Positions 54,457-63,158 of a DNA stretch of 64,000 bases are shown here, one piece after another (position 1 is the stretch's first letter; each line of letters begins with the position of its first letter). The stretch is from Thermoplasmatota archaeon (GTDB lineage: Archaea; Thermoplasmatota; Penumbrarchaeia; Penumbrarchaeales; Penumbrarchaeaceae): NCBI GenBank assembly GCA_046483845.1, contig JAWOCK010000006.1:24819-88818 (forward strand). Direction: 5' to 3'. The notes beneath the pieces are model-generated. The model was not told the DNA's origin. It did no database searches and saw nothing but the letters and a program-made list of their open reading frames with translations. The translations under genes were made by a program, and so were the position numbers.

Positions 54457-54819
54457 ATGGTCCACGTTCATAGGAGAAGATATCTTGTTATGCACGTGAT
54501 CTCACCTTCAGGGGTCGGCAAAGGTCTTCTTATAAAACTCATAAGGGATCGTACTCGTCAGTTGACGGAGGAGGAGTTCCAGAAGGCCAGGCCATGGTTC
54601 GTCTACTACGAATCGGGCTGGGCCATTGTCAGGACCTGGCACCAAGGTGTCCAGATGCTCATCGATATTGTTCAGGACCTTGACGGTACACGGCTCAAGG
54701 AAGGAGAGCTAAGGATAAATATCGCCGGAACCTCGGGAACCCTTAAGAAGGCTTTTTATAAGCATGTGCCTCCGATAGTAAGGGAGAGGTCACATTATAG
54801 AGAGCATCAAAAGAGGTAG
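54457..54819 (+). CDS. rnp2: RNase P protein component 2 (Pop5 family)
   Basis: HRRRYLVMHVIS.., GWAIVRTWHQGVQMLIDIVQDLDG..LRINIAGTSGTLKKA resembles archaeal Pop5 (RYl.fei..., aIvRc.h...., SGTik). About 120 aa from ATG 54457. It sits just upstream of psmA, as in the archaeal superoperon. Confidence 0.6.
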   Translation: MVHVHRRRYLVMHVISPSGVGKGLLIKLIRDRTRQLTEEEFQKARPWFVYYESGWAIVRTWHQGVQMLIDIVQDLDGTRLKEGELRINIAGTSGTLKKAFYKHVPPIVRERSHYREHQKR

Positions 54820-54939
54820 ATCGCTCCTATGTTATATATTGGAACCCAATAAATATTTAAGACAAAAGGAAACTCCGCTAAAGTCGAGCCTAGGGTAGAG
54901 AACTCTGCCCGGAGGGCGCATCCATCAAGAGGGATCACA

Positions 54940-55656
54940 ATGCAACCAGGCAATATGGCATATGACAGGGCGATCACGGTCTTCTCACCCGACGGCAGGC
55001 TCTTCCAGGTAGAATACGCCAGGGAAGCAGTAAAGAGAGGGACCACGACCGTGGGCATGAAGTTCAAGGACGGGGCGATACTGATAATAGACAAGAGGAT
55101 AACAAGCCCTCTTATCGAACCAAGCTCCATAGAGAAGATATTCAAGATCGATGAGTACCTGGGATGTGCCACCAGCGGTCTTGTTGCGGATGCCAGGGTC
55201 CTCGTCGATAGGGCTAGGATCGAGGCCCAGATCAACAAGATCACCTATGAGGAAAGGATACCTGTTGACATACTTGTCAAGAAGATCTGCGACTTCAAGC
55301 AGAACTATACCCAGTATGGTGGTGTAAGGCCTTTTGGTACAGCACTACTTATAGCCGGGACCGACGAGAAAGGAGTTCATCTCTATGAAACGGACCCCTC
55401 CGGGGCAATGATGTCCTACAAGGCCGGATCCATCGGATCAGGTCGGAGCGTTGTAATGGAGATGTTCGAGGATAAGTACAAAGAGAATATGACCCAGAAC
55501 GCCGCTATCAAGCTCGGTCTGGAATCCCTGCTCGCAGCCACAGATGAGAGCAGTCTGAACACGCTTGCCGTGGAGGTAGGAGTGGTCAAGGTGAAGGAAC
55601 CGTTCGAGAAGCTCGATCCAAATAAGGTATCCAAGTTCGTTGACGACATGAAATGA
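54940..55656 (+). CDS. psmA: Proteasome subunit alpha
   Basis: YDRAITVFSPDGRLFQVEYAREAVKRG is the alpha-subunit signature. Confidence 0.95.
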   Translation: MQPGNMAYDRAITVFSPDGRLFQVEYAREAVKRGTTTVGMKFKDGAILIIDKRITSPLIEPSSIEKIFKIDEYLGCATSGLVADARVLVDRARIEAQINKITYEERIPVDILVKKICDFKQNYTQYGGVRPFGTALLIAGTDEKGVHLYETDPSGAMMSYKAGSIGSGRSVVMEMFEDKYKENMTQNAAIKLGLESLLAATDESSLNTLAVEVGVVKVKEPFEKLDPNKVSKFVDDMK

Positions 55657-55660
55657 TGAG

Positions 55661-56368
55661 GTGGACCCAATGGTATCTCTTGATGAAGCGGTGATCGCAA
55701 GGCTCGATCGTGGCGGAGAGAGGTTCGAGGTACTTGTCGATCCGGAGATGGCCCACGATCATAAGAGCGGAGACAGCGGTCCTGAGATATCGGAGATAGT
55801 TGCCGTGGAAGAGGTATTTCTGGACTCCCACAAGGGCGATAGGGCACCTGATGATCTCCTGCAGAAGGTATTTGGCACAACCAACACCCTGGAGGTCATA
55901 GAGACCATCATAAAGAAGGGCGAGATACAGCTTACCACCGAGCAGCGAAAGAAGATGCAGGAGGAGAAGAGAAAGCAGATAGTGGCACTGCTTTCAAGGA
56001 ACTGCATAAACCCGGTCAACAAGACACCCCATCCTCCACAGAGGATCGAGTTGGCCATGGAAGAAGCAAAGGTCAACGTGGACCCATTCAAACCTGCGGA
56101 AGGTCAGATCAACGATGTTCTGAAGGAGCTGAGGCCGATCCTGCCCATCAGGATGGAGATGGCACAGATAGCGGTGAAGGCAAGTGCCAGCCATTATGGG
56201 AAGCTTGTGGGAGAGGTCAGGTCCTATGGGAGGGTTCTTAAGGAGGAATGGAGCAAGGGTGGCGAATGGATATGTCTTGTGGAGATACCTGCAGGTCTCC
56301 AAATAGAGTTCTTCGACATGGTCAATTCCAGGACACATGGGGAAGTGGAGACCAAGCTCATCGAATGA
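55661..56368 (+). CDS. SBDS/Sdo1-family ribosome maturation protein
   Basis: VSLDEAVIARLDRGGERFEVLVDPEMA and the overall 3-domain length. GTG at 55661 or ATG at 55670. Confidence 0.85.
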   Translation: MDPMVSLDEAVIARLDRGGERFEVLVDPEMAHDHKSGDSGPEISEIVAVEEVFLDSHKGDRAPDDLLQKVFGTTNTLEVIETIIKKGEIQLTTEQRKKMQEEKRKQIVALLSRNCINPVNKTPHPPQRIELAMEEAKVNVDPFKPAEGQINDVLKELRPILPIRMEMAQIAVKASASHYGKLVGEVRSYGRVLKEEWSKGGEWICLVEIPAGLQIEFFDMVNSRTHGEVETKLIE

Positions 56369-56412
56369 TCACATCTCCTGTGATAACACCCACAGATCCT
56401 GCTATACGCAAC

Positions 56413-56420
56413 TTATAAAT
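56413..56420 (+). promoter_or_regulatory. TATA-like element TTATAAAT upstream of rpl37ae
   Basis: About 57 nt upstream of ATG 56477, with GGAGGG 8 nt before the start. Confidence 0.4.
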
Positions 56421-56476
56421 AATGAATCCTTATGTAGAAGCCTCCCGGCATTAATTCCAGTCATGGAGGGAACAGA

Positions 56477-56737
56477 ATGAGCAGGAGAACGAAAAAGGTC
56501 GGAAGTTCGGGCAGGTTCGGTCCGAGATATGGTATCAGTGTCAAGAAGAGAATCCGATCCATCGACCAGCGCAGAACTTCCAGATATACCTGCCCAAAAT
56601 GCTACAAGAAGAACGTGAAAAGGGTTTCCTCGGGCATATGGGAATGCAGATCATGCTCCCACAAGTTTACAGGCGGTGCGTATTCGCCGACCACGGGGAA
56701 GTTCAAGACACTGGAAGGCCGTTTTGGAAGGATTTGA
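56477..56737 (+). CDS. rpl37ae: 50S ribosomal protein L37Ae (eL43)
   Basis: RTKKVGSSGRFGPRYG..YTCPKC..WECRSCSHKFTGGAYSP. Confidence 0.95.
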   Translation: MSRRTKKVGSSGRFGPRYGISVKKRIRSIDQRRTSRYTCPKCYKKNVKRVSSGIWECRSCSHKFTGGAYSPTTGKFKTLEGRFGRI

Positions 56738-56738
56738 G

Positions 56739-56873
56739 ATGTATAGATGCGGAAGATGCGGAGAGAAGCTCGTAACAGAGTTCAGCCCCATTGGTATCCA
56801 GTGCAGTAAGTGCGGATACAAGATATTCTACAAGGAGAGACCCAACAGGAAGAAGGTCCTCAAGGCCCACTGA
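56739..56873 (+). CDS. rpoP: DNA-directed RNA polymerase subunit P (Rpo12)
   Basis: MYRCGRCGEKL..IQCSKCGYKIFYKERP zinc ribbon, 44 aa. ATG lies 1 nt after the rpl37ae stop. The track ORF start at 56676 overlaps rpl37ae. Confidence 0.85.
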   Translation: MYRCGRCGEKLVTEFSPIGIQCSKCGYKIFYKERPNRKKVLKAH

Positions 56874-56876
56874 GGT

Positions 56877-57119
56877 GTGGCCTTGGTAAAGACCGATATC
56901 AGGGTTCTCTACGAGATGGAGCCCGGTAAGTCCAGTTCGTTCATTCGATCCCTCAGACTTGAATCCGTGTCCTCCCCTCCCGGAGGGGAGCTTACCGTGG
57001 ATGAGGAGGATGAAATGCTCTTTATCGAGATGAAAAGCTCCGATCTCTCCACATGCCGTGCCATGCTGAACTCATACATGGGGCTCCTATCGGCTGCGGA
57101 GAAGGCTCTTCGGATCTAA
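56877..57119 (+). CDS. pcc1: KEOPS complex subunit Pcc1-like
   Basis: 80 aa. SSSFIRSLRLES..LFIEMKSSDLSTCRAMLNSYMGLLSAAEKAL matches the Pcc1 pattern (..l.i.i.A.d...LRA.lNsylr.l). The superoperon position fits. GTG start. Confidence 0.6.
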   Translation: MALVKTDIRVLYEMEPGKSSSFIRSLRLESVSSPPGGELTVDEEDEMLFIEMKSSDLSTCRAMLNSYMGLLSAAEKALRI

Positions 57120-57124
57120 ACAGC

Positions 57125-57130
57125 TTTTTT
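57125..57130 (+). terminator. Oligo-T tract (T6) after pcc1
   Basis: TTTTTT lies 5 nt after the pcc1 stop codon. Archaeal terminators are oligo-T tracts. Confidence 0.35.
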
Positions 57131-57276
57131 ATCCATCATTGACCCATCTCATGGAACTTGTTGTGGTTTCTTCTCCGGGACCTTCCTCAAGTATGTTCGG
57201 GAGTCACCACTTCTGTATAATTATGAAAAGATATATACAAGGGCATCGTATAGGGCCGCAGAAGGATGGTTCCGTT

Positions 57277-57627
57277 ATGTCATTTCAGATCCCCAAGGAG
57301 ATACAGGAGAAGCTGGGACGTTTCGAACAGTTGAAGGCACAGCTCCAGGTTGTCATGGGACAGCGCAGCGAGATGGAGGCCAGGGTCAAAGAGCTTGATG
57401 ATGCCGTATCTGCCCTGTCAGAAAAAGGAAATGGAGAGATCTACAGGAAGGTTGGAGATCTCATGTTCAAGGTAGAGGACAAAGGTTCCCTTGAAAAGGA
57501 GATGGTCGAAGAGAAGGAGACGCTTTCTGTGAGACTGAGTTCCCTGAAAAAACAGGAAGACAACATGAAGGAGATGTACGAGGAATTGGGGTCTGAGATC
57601 AATGAATCTCTCAAGGGATATCAATGA
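57277..57627 (+). CDS. pfdB: Prefoldin subunit beta
   Basis: MSFQIPKEIQEKLGRFEQLKAQLQVVMGQRSEME..GEIYRKVGDLMFKV. Coiled-coil/beta-hairpin/coiled-coil layout, 116 aa from ATG 57277. Confidence 0.85.
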   Translation: MSFQIPKEIQEKLGRFEQLKAQLQVVMGQRSEMEARVKELDDAVSALSEKGNGEIYRKVGDLMFKVEDKGSLEKEMVEEKETLSVRLSSLKKQEDNMKEMYEELGSEINESLKGYQ

Positions 57628-58730
57628 ACAATATCCTCAAGAAAAGACCGTACCTGGACAAGGATGGATGGACCTTTGGCAGGAACCACCTGCCACCTCC
57701 CGTTTCGGAATCGGGTATCTGGTCCATAGTTAACCGCATGATAGACAAGAGGGATGATGGTGTTCTTGTCCTGGCTCATCATAATGCAGATATCGATGCC
57801 GTAGGCACGGCGGTGATCCTTAAAAGGGCGTTCCCATGGGTGGAACTCGGTGCCTACAAGTCCATATCCTATGCAGGCAGATCGCTCCTTAAGGATGCAG
57901 GCCTCTTCATGGAAATAGACCCGGATATGTCCAAGTATTCTCTGGTCGTGGTGGTCGATGCATCCTCTCCTCTTCAGGTATCCGATGGAGACCTGTCCGG
58001 TTGGCCGGAATACCACATTATCGATCATCACAGCGACAACGAGCACTGGGATGCCCCTGTCTATCTTGACAGTGAAAAAGGAGCATGTGTAGAGATAGCA
58101 CTTCAAATAGCGTTCCTGACGGGTGCTCCCCTGGATGGGGATATGTCCGTTTCCGGCATTGCCGGCATCATAGCAGATACGGGGAAGTTCAGGTTCGCAT
58201 CGGAAATGGACCTGTCCATATGTGGTATGCTGCTGGAGGGTTCTGGCATCAAGATGGAAACGGTGATGGGCATCATCGAGGGGGAGGAATATTTCGATAT
58301 CTCCAAGAAGATAGCAATGCTCAAGGCCATGCGCAGGGTCAGGTACGGGAAAGTGGGCGATCAGGTCGTTGCGACCTCCATGGTCTCTTCCTTCGAGGCA
58401 TCTGCTGCGAGGGCGATGCTGGTGGCAGGCGCGGATGTGGTCTTCGTTGGTTCCGATAAGAAGAAAGAGCTCAGGGTATCCACCAGGGCGAAACCGCACA
58501 TTCTTGCCATGGGAGTGCATCTTGGCAAGTTCATGGAAGGGATCGGCGAGCAGACCGGTAACGAGGGGGGCGGGCATGACGGTGCCGCTGGCCTGAACGG
58601 GCACGGCAATGCAGGGGAGGTCCTTCAGTTATGTATGGAAAGGATGTGCCTGCAGTTGGCAGATAGGATGGATATAAAATGGCAGAAGATGGACCATAGG
58701 AAGAGCAGGGGAAGAGGCCGCAGACGTTGA
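57624..58730 (+). CDS. DHH/DHHA1-family phosphoesterase (NrnA/RecJ-like)
   Basis: VLAHHNADIDAVG, VVVDAS, IIDHHSDNE (DHH), GGGHDGAAG (DHHA1 GGGH). ATGA overlap with pfdB. Confidence 0.8.
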   Translation: MNNILKKRPYLDKDGWTFGRNHLPPPVSESGIWSIVNRMIDKRDDGVLVLAHHNADIDAVGTAVILKRAFPWVELGAYKSISYAGRSLLKDAGLFMEIDPDMSKYSLVVVVDASSPLQVSDGDLSGWPEYHIIDHHSDNEHWDAPVYLDSEKGACVEIALQIAFLTGAPLDGDMSVSGIAGIIADTGKFRFASEMDLSICGMLLEGSGIKMETVMGIIEGEEYFDISKKIAMLKAMRRVRYGKVGDQVVATSMVSSFEASAARAMLVAGADVVFVGSDKKKELRVSTRAKPHILAMGVHLGKFMEGIGEQTGNEGGGHDGAAGLNGHGNAGEVLQLCMERMCLQLADRMDIKWQKMDHRKSRGRGRRR

Positions 58731-58732
58731 AC

Positions 58733-59422
58733 TTATACATTCTGAGTTTCCATTTCATTGTGCTCCACTGCCGGAAAGGTTATTGAGAGTTCCACCCGAT
58801 CTCCATCTCTCAGTTCCAGCTCATCCCGTAGTTTGACATCCGATACCACTTCGATAATTCCCAAGTGGAGTGTCCTGTTCGGTATCATTATTACTGCCCG
58901 GACCCCGTTAATGGTACATGGATAGCACAAGCAGCTTCCGAAGGATCGACCCTGAGATTGGAACCCTTCTATCTTCACTCCACCTCCTTTTCTCAACAGG
59001 TCGAGAACCGGTAAGTCCCTCTTGGAAAGCTCCACGTTCAATGTCCCCTTGTAAGGTTTCATGTGTAGCTTTTCCTTCAACTGCTCCTGGTAGGGTGTCT
59101 GAGAGAGATAGTAAGCGCCTTCACCCAGGCCTCTGGAGATGGAACCGGTCACCTCAATCGTCCTGGAGGTCTCGAAGACGGACCGCAATCTTCCGTAGAG
59201 ACCCAGCAGGGAATCCATTCCTTTTTCAGTGATCCTTACGGCAGAACCGTTCTTCTTCCTGATCCTTTCGATAAGCCTTCTGGATGACAGTCTGTTCAGG
59301 TAGATGGAAGCCGATTGCTGGCTCGTTCCCAACAGGTCGCCAAGCTTCTCTGTGGTAATGTCCACGAAATGCTCCAGGGCCCCAAGCTGTGACAGCTCGA
59401 GAAGTAACAATCTATCATCCAT
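58733..59422 (-). CDS. ribK: Winged-helix regulator fused to archaeal CTP-dependent riboflavin kinase (RbkR-like)
   Basis: N-terminal HTH (LGDLLGTSQQSASIYLNRLSSRRLIER). The C-terminal PYKGTLNVEL..GRSFGSCLCYPCTINGV..IPNRTLH is typical of MJ0056-type riboflavin kinase. Confidence 0.75.
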   Translation of the reverse strand: MDDRLLLLELSQLGALEHFVDITTEKLGDLLGTSQQSASIYLNRLSSRRLIERIRKKNGSAVRITEKGMDSLLGLYGRLRSVFETSRTIEVTGSISRGLGEGAYYLSQTPYQEQLKEKLHMKPYKGTLNVELSKRDLPVLDLLRKGGGVKIEGFQSQGRSFGSCLCYPCTINGVRAVIMIPNRTLHLGIIEVVSDVKLRDELELRDGDRVELSITFPAVEHNEMETQNV

Positions 59423-59999
59423 TGATATCACGATCCAAATTTTCAAGGGAGGCGACCATATGGGAGATTCGTATCGGTTCGGGTGTTCTGCCCTGGAATG
59501 TCGCTCTTTTTATGATCTGGGACGATCGCTCTCTGCTGATGCCTTTTTCCCTTACATAACATATTCCGTCGGGAAGCTCTACCCGATGTGCTCTGTGGGC
59601 GGATACCAACCTGTACCTCTCATCAGCATCCTTGAAGATCCTCCGGAGGGTTGCTTTCATTGATGGAGGATCAGGTCTCTCATCCGATGCTGTTAATACG
59701 GGTATGCCTGTCCTATTGTACAAGTCGTCCATGTCAAGTACATTGAAACCACCCAGACAGGCGCCATCAGAGATTATACATCTGACCTGCTGCCTGAACC
59801 GGCTCTTCTCGAGTATATTTGCTATCCGTAGAGAGGAATCAACCCCATCGGTAGTTATCGAACCTTTAAGAAAGCCCTCGATCCTTCCATTCAATCTCAT
59901 TATTGTCATCACTACAGGCGTCCATCTGGACCCTCTTATGTACTTCCCGTCGTCCACCCCCATTACACGGGCCTGGTCCTTCAAAGGCCATGTCGGCAT
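59415..59999 (-). CDS. UPF0215/DUF99 family protein (endonuclease V-like fold)
   Basis: VMGVDDGKY..VVMTIMRLNGRIEGFLKGSITTDGVDSS..CIISDGACLGGFNVLDMDDLYNRTGIPVL. Start chosen at ATG 59999 (the track start at 60077 overlaps pth2). Confidence 0.7.
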   Translation of the reverse strand: MPTWPLKDQARVMGVDDGKYIRGSRWTPVVMTIMRLNGRIEGFLKGSITTDGVDSSLRIANILEKSRFRQQVRCIISDGACLGGFNVLDMDDLYNRTGIPVLTASDERPDPPSMKATLRRIFKDADERYRLVSAHRAHRVELPDGICYVREKGISRERSSQIIKRATFQGRTPEPIRISHMVASLENLDRDING

Positions 60000-60007
60000 G
60001 CTATACC

Positions 60008-60376
60008 TCACAGCAGTGACAGTGATCCGGTAACCTTGTCCACTTCCGGATTGGGGCCGGGACCTATGCCGAGACATGTGACCGTCCCCGGTTCGACCTC
60101 GGTCATTCCGGAATCCTGGACCAATGAAGTGGTAAGAGACAGTGATTCTGCTGTTGACCTCAGCTCGTAGAGGTCCCTCAGCGACCCCCCCTTTACCACC
60201 ACCTTCTTCTGCCCTTCGTCATACCATTTCTTGAACCATCCGGGCTTCTTGCTCTTGGCCTGCAGGGCACAGTTCACGGATGCATGGGAGGCCTGGACAG
60301 CGAGTTTACCTCGTGAGAGCTTTATGTCGGTCCTGATCGCGATAACCAGCTTGTTCTTGAACACTTCCTTTGCCAT
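60008..60376 (-). CDS. pth2: Peptidyl-tRNA hydrolase, archaeal type (Pth2)
   Basis: KLVIAIRTDIKLSRGKLAVQASHASV..GQKKVVVK..DSGMTEVEPGTVTCLGIGPGP. Confidence 0.9.
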   Translation of the reverse strand: MAKEVFKNKLVIAIRTDIKLSRGKLAVQASHASVNCALQAKSKKPGWFKKWYDEGQKKVVVKGGSLRDLYELRSTAESLSLTTSLVQDSGMTEVEPGTVTCLGIGPGPNPEVDKVTGSLSLL

Positions 60377-60389
60377 ATCATTCAGCTCC

Positions 60390-60674
60390 CTACAACGGAT
60401 CCAGTTCATCCTTTCTCCATCTTTCCCCTTCTTTTTTTGCCTTCTTCCAGTTCACCTTCTTGGTAACCTCTATATGTTCATCTTTCTTCTCCAACTTGGA
60501 AAATGGCACCTTGAGAAAATCATCTCCATCCTTGATTATGATGCTGTTGCCGTCGAAAGAAATCGTCTCCCCTCTGCTCTTCCCGTTCTTCTCCCTTACA
60601 TGAAGGGATAGATGGTCGTCCTTGAATCCTTGGATGTCAAGATCACCGAGGTCCCCTTTCTTCTTCTGGGCCAT
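60390..60674 (-). CDS. Hypothetical small basic protein
   Basis: 94-aa ORF between rpl10e and pth2 on the same strand. I recognise no family. Confidence 0.4.
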   Translation of the reverse strand: MAQKKKGDLGDLDIQGFKDDHLSLHVREKNGKSRGETISFDGNSIIIKDGDDFLKVPFSKLEKKDEHIEVTKKVNWKKAKKEGERWRKDELDPL

Positions 60675-60712
60675 GGAGATGAGAGTGGAGTTTGCCGATA
60701 AAAATCCTTTCC

Positions 60713-61222
60713 TTAGTTCACTTTCTTTATGTAGACCGGGGATGGTAGCTTCTGGGAGGCCTTCTTCAAGGCCATTTTTGCAGGGTTCTCCAGGTTCTTT
60801 GGCACATTTATGGTCATCACTTCCTGTCCGGCCTTGACCCTGGCGGCGGTCCCTACGTTCTTGCCGAAGGACGATCTCATTCCTTGGGATACCCTGTCAG
60901 CCCCTGCACCTGTTGCCTGTTTGTTCTCCCTGAGAATGTGATGTGGATACACCCTGACGACCAATCTGTAGTTCATTGTCCCTGCCCTCTTCTGGATGTA
61001 TCTGTTGGCGGCTATACGTGCTGCCTCCAGGGCGGTATGCCTTATCTGGCAACCCTCCTTGATAACGAGATTGTATCGAAGTGGGAATTCTGTGGTCTTG
61101 TTCCCCATCACATATTGCTGGATCCTTGGAAGTGGTATACCGCCGGTATACTCCTTCCTGGTGAATGCCTGTCCCCTTATCTGGCGATACATCCTGTTGG
61201 GTTTTCTGCTCATCTTCTTCAC
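60713..61222 (-). CDS. rpl10e: 50S ribosomal protein L10e (uL16)
   Basis: RKPNRMYRQIRGQAFTRKEYTGGIP..ALEAARIAANRY..RVYPHHILRENK. Confidence 0.95.
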   Translation of the reverse strand: MKKMSRKPNRMYRQIRGQAFTRKEYTGGIPLPRIQQYVMGNKTTEFPLRYNLVIKEGCQIRHTALEAARIAANRYIQKRAGTMNYRLVVRVYPHHILRENKQATGAGADRVSQGMRSSFGKNVGTAARVKAGQEVMTINVPKNLENPAKMALKKASQKLPSPVYIKKVN

Positions 61223-61402
61223 CTGTCTGGTCCAGCGGACATTCTGCCTCGCGTGCGCCCTCTAAATAAAGAGGTCATATATAAGCATACTCCAATTGTC
61301 AACACTCTACGGGTTGCGTAGGGTCCTTTAATAATCGTAAGGGCATGATTTCGGGAACACATATCTGTATCTATTAAATATGAGGCGTCGTTTCCATGTT
61401 CC

Positions 61403-61963
61403 ATGGGCCGCTCAGGAGGTTTCACACCAAGTAGAATGTTCCTTACGACCGGCGTGGGCAGGCACAGGGAGAAACTCGCCAGCTTTGAACTTGCACTCAG
61501 GGATGCTGGGATACAGAAGTTCAACCTGGTACATGTATCCTCGATCTTCCCTCCCGGATGTGAGATCATGGAAAGGGGGGACGGTCTGGGAAAATTGGAT
61601 CCGGGACAGATAGTGTTCTGCGTCATGAGCAAGGCAGAATCCAACGAACCCGGAAGAAGGCTCTCCTCTTCGGTAGGTCTTGCCATTCCCCAGGACAGGA
61701 CCCAATACGGCTATCTTTCAGAACATCATTCCTACGGGCAGCTTTCCAAGACCTCCGGCGATTATGCAGAGGACCTTGCCGCGGAAATGCTGGCCTCCAC
61801 GCTTGGCATACAGTTCGATGTGGATTCAAATTATGATGAGAAGAGGGAGATATTCAGGATAGATGGAAGGATAATCCATACCCGAAACATCACATCATAT
61901 GCCGAGGTGGATGACGAGGGGAGATGGACCACCGTGCTATCTGCAGCGGTCTTCGTAGATTGA
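61403..61963 (+). CDS. pdaD: Pyruvoyl-dependent arginine decarboxylase
   Basis: FLTTGVGRHREKLASFELALRDAGIQKFNLVHVSSIFPPGC contains the Ser-Ser self-cleavage site context of PdaD. Confidence 0.85.
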   Translation: MGRSGGFTPSRMFLTTGVGRHREKLASFELALRDAGIQKFNLVHVSSIFPPGCEIMERGDGLGKLDPGQIVFCVMSKAESNEPGRRLSSSVGLAIPQDRTQYGYLSEHHSYGQLSKTSGDYAEDLAAEMLASTLGIQFDVDSNYDEKREIFRIDGRIIHTRNITSYAEVDDEGRWTTVLSAAVFVD

Positions 61964-61974
61964 GGTGGTGCAGA

Positions 61975-63030
61975 ATGGACAGGCCTTCCAGAGAAGAACT
62001 TCTCAGTAAACCCATCGAGATGGCGGACATTTCCCGGAGGATGTCCATAGGAGAGCTCGTCGAGGCTTTTTCCGGCATGTCCTTTCAGGCCAGGAAGCTC
62101 GCCCATTGTACTGATATATTCAGGAAAATGACGGAACGCCCCCGATCCCATACCGTAATGCTGGGACTGTCCGGAGCGCTTGTTGCGGCAGGATGCAGGA
62201 AAATAATAACTGACATGATCAGGATGGGCCTGGTCGATGTCATAGCAACGACCGGGGCGGTGGTATATCAGGACCTCTACCAGGCTCTTGGGTATCACCA
62301 TTATCGGGGAGACGTGAACTCCGACGATGTCCTCCTGCATTCGTACATGATAGACAGGATCTATGATACCTATGTGGACGAGGACAGGTTCAGAGAATGC
62401 GATGTCATGATAGGTAAGATAATGGATGCAATGGAACCCCGGAAACATTCGACCAGGGAGTTCATGAACGTTCTTGGGGAGAGATGTACCAGGGATGATG
62501 ATTCCATACTCGGGGCCGCATATGAGGAGGAAGTGCCGATATACTGTCCCGCAGTTGCCGATTCATCCATAGGTATAGGACTATCTACTGCATACAGGAG
62601 GCAGAGGGAAAGCGGAAGGTCCATGTCAGAAATGTTCCATCTTGATACCATTAGGGACAACTTCGAGATCGCCCAGATAGTTCACATGTCACCTGCGACA
62701 GGAGCAGTCTACCTGGGTGGAGGCGTACCCAAGAACTACATAAATGACTCAATAGTGATGGCGGATATGCTCTATGGGGGCCAGGATGGTCATGAATATG
62801 CATTCCAGATAACCATGGACCGCGCGGAGTGGGGCGGTCTATCCGGGTCCACCCTCGGTGAGGCCCAGTCCTGGGGAAAGATCGATGCCAAGGCCACCCA
62901 TTCCACGGTCCATGTGGAACTGTCGGTAGCACTCCCTCTGATAATGGGTGCGGTCCTTGAAGGAAGGGACTGGCAGAAGCGTGAAGGAGTGTCCATGGAA
63001 TGGGAAGGCGATCGTCTGGTCTCACTCTGA
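61975..63030 (+). CDS. dys: Deoxyhypusine synthase
   Basis: MLGLSGALVAAGCRKIITDMIRMGLVDVIATTGA, YLGGGVPKNY, SWGKI. ATG at 61975 lies 12 nt after the pdaD stop. Confidence 0.9.
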   Translation: MDRPSREELLSKPIEMADISRRMSIGELVEAFSGMSFQARKLAHCTDIFRKMTERPRSHTVMLGLSGALVAAGCRKIITDMIRMGLVDVIATTGAVVYQDLYQALGYHHYRGDVNSDDVLLHSYMIDRIYDTYVDEDRFRECDVMIGKIMDAMEPRKHSTREFMNVLGERCTRDDDSILGAAYEEEVPIYCPAVADSSIGIGLSTAYRRQRESGRSMSEMFHLDTIRDNFEIAQIVHMSPATGAVYLGGGVPKNYINDSIVMADMLYGGQDGHEYAFQITMDRAEWGGLSGSTLGEAQSWGKIDAKATHSTVHVELSVALPLIMGAVLEGRDWQKREGVSMEWEGDRLVSL

Positions 63031-63158
63031 CCGACACTGGGTTGGAGCAACCATTATAAAGGAGAAGTAGTTTAACCCCCCTCCCAGCCCGTACCTATAT
63101 AAGTGTACCCGAGCATTATGTAGGTAGGATGGATCTTCAACGTCCACGGTGATAACAG

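Noticed and set aside
55653-55700. C/D box sRNA (ATGATGA at the psmA stop and TGATGA 25 nt later)
   Set aside because: No CTGA D/D' boxes are at the required spacing. The region is the psmA end and the SBDS coding start.
57621-58604. 327-aa minus-strand ORF
   Set aside because: It is entirely antisense to the DHH phosphoesterase gene, which has clear DHH/GGGH motifs. Its His/Arg/Pro-rich composition is typical of a shadow ORF.
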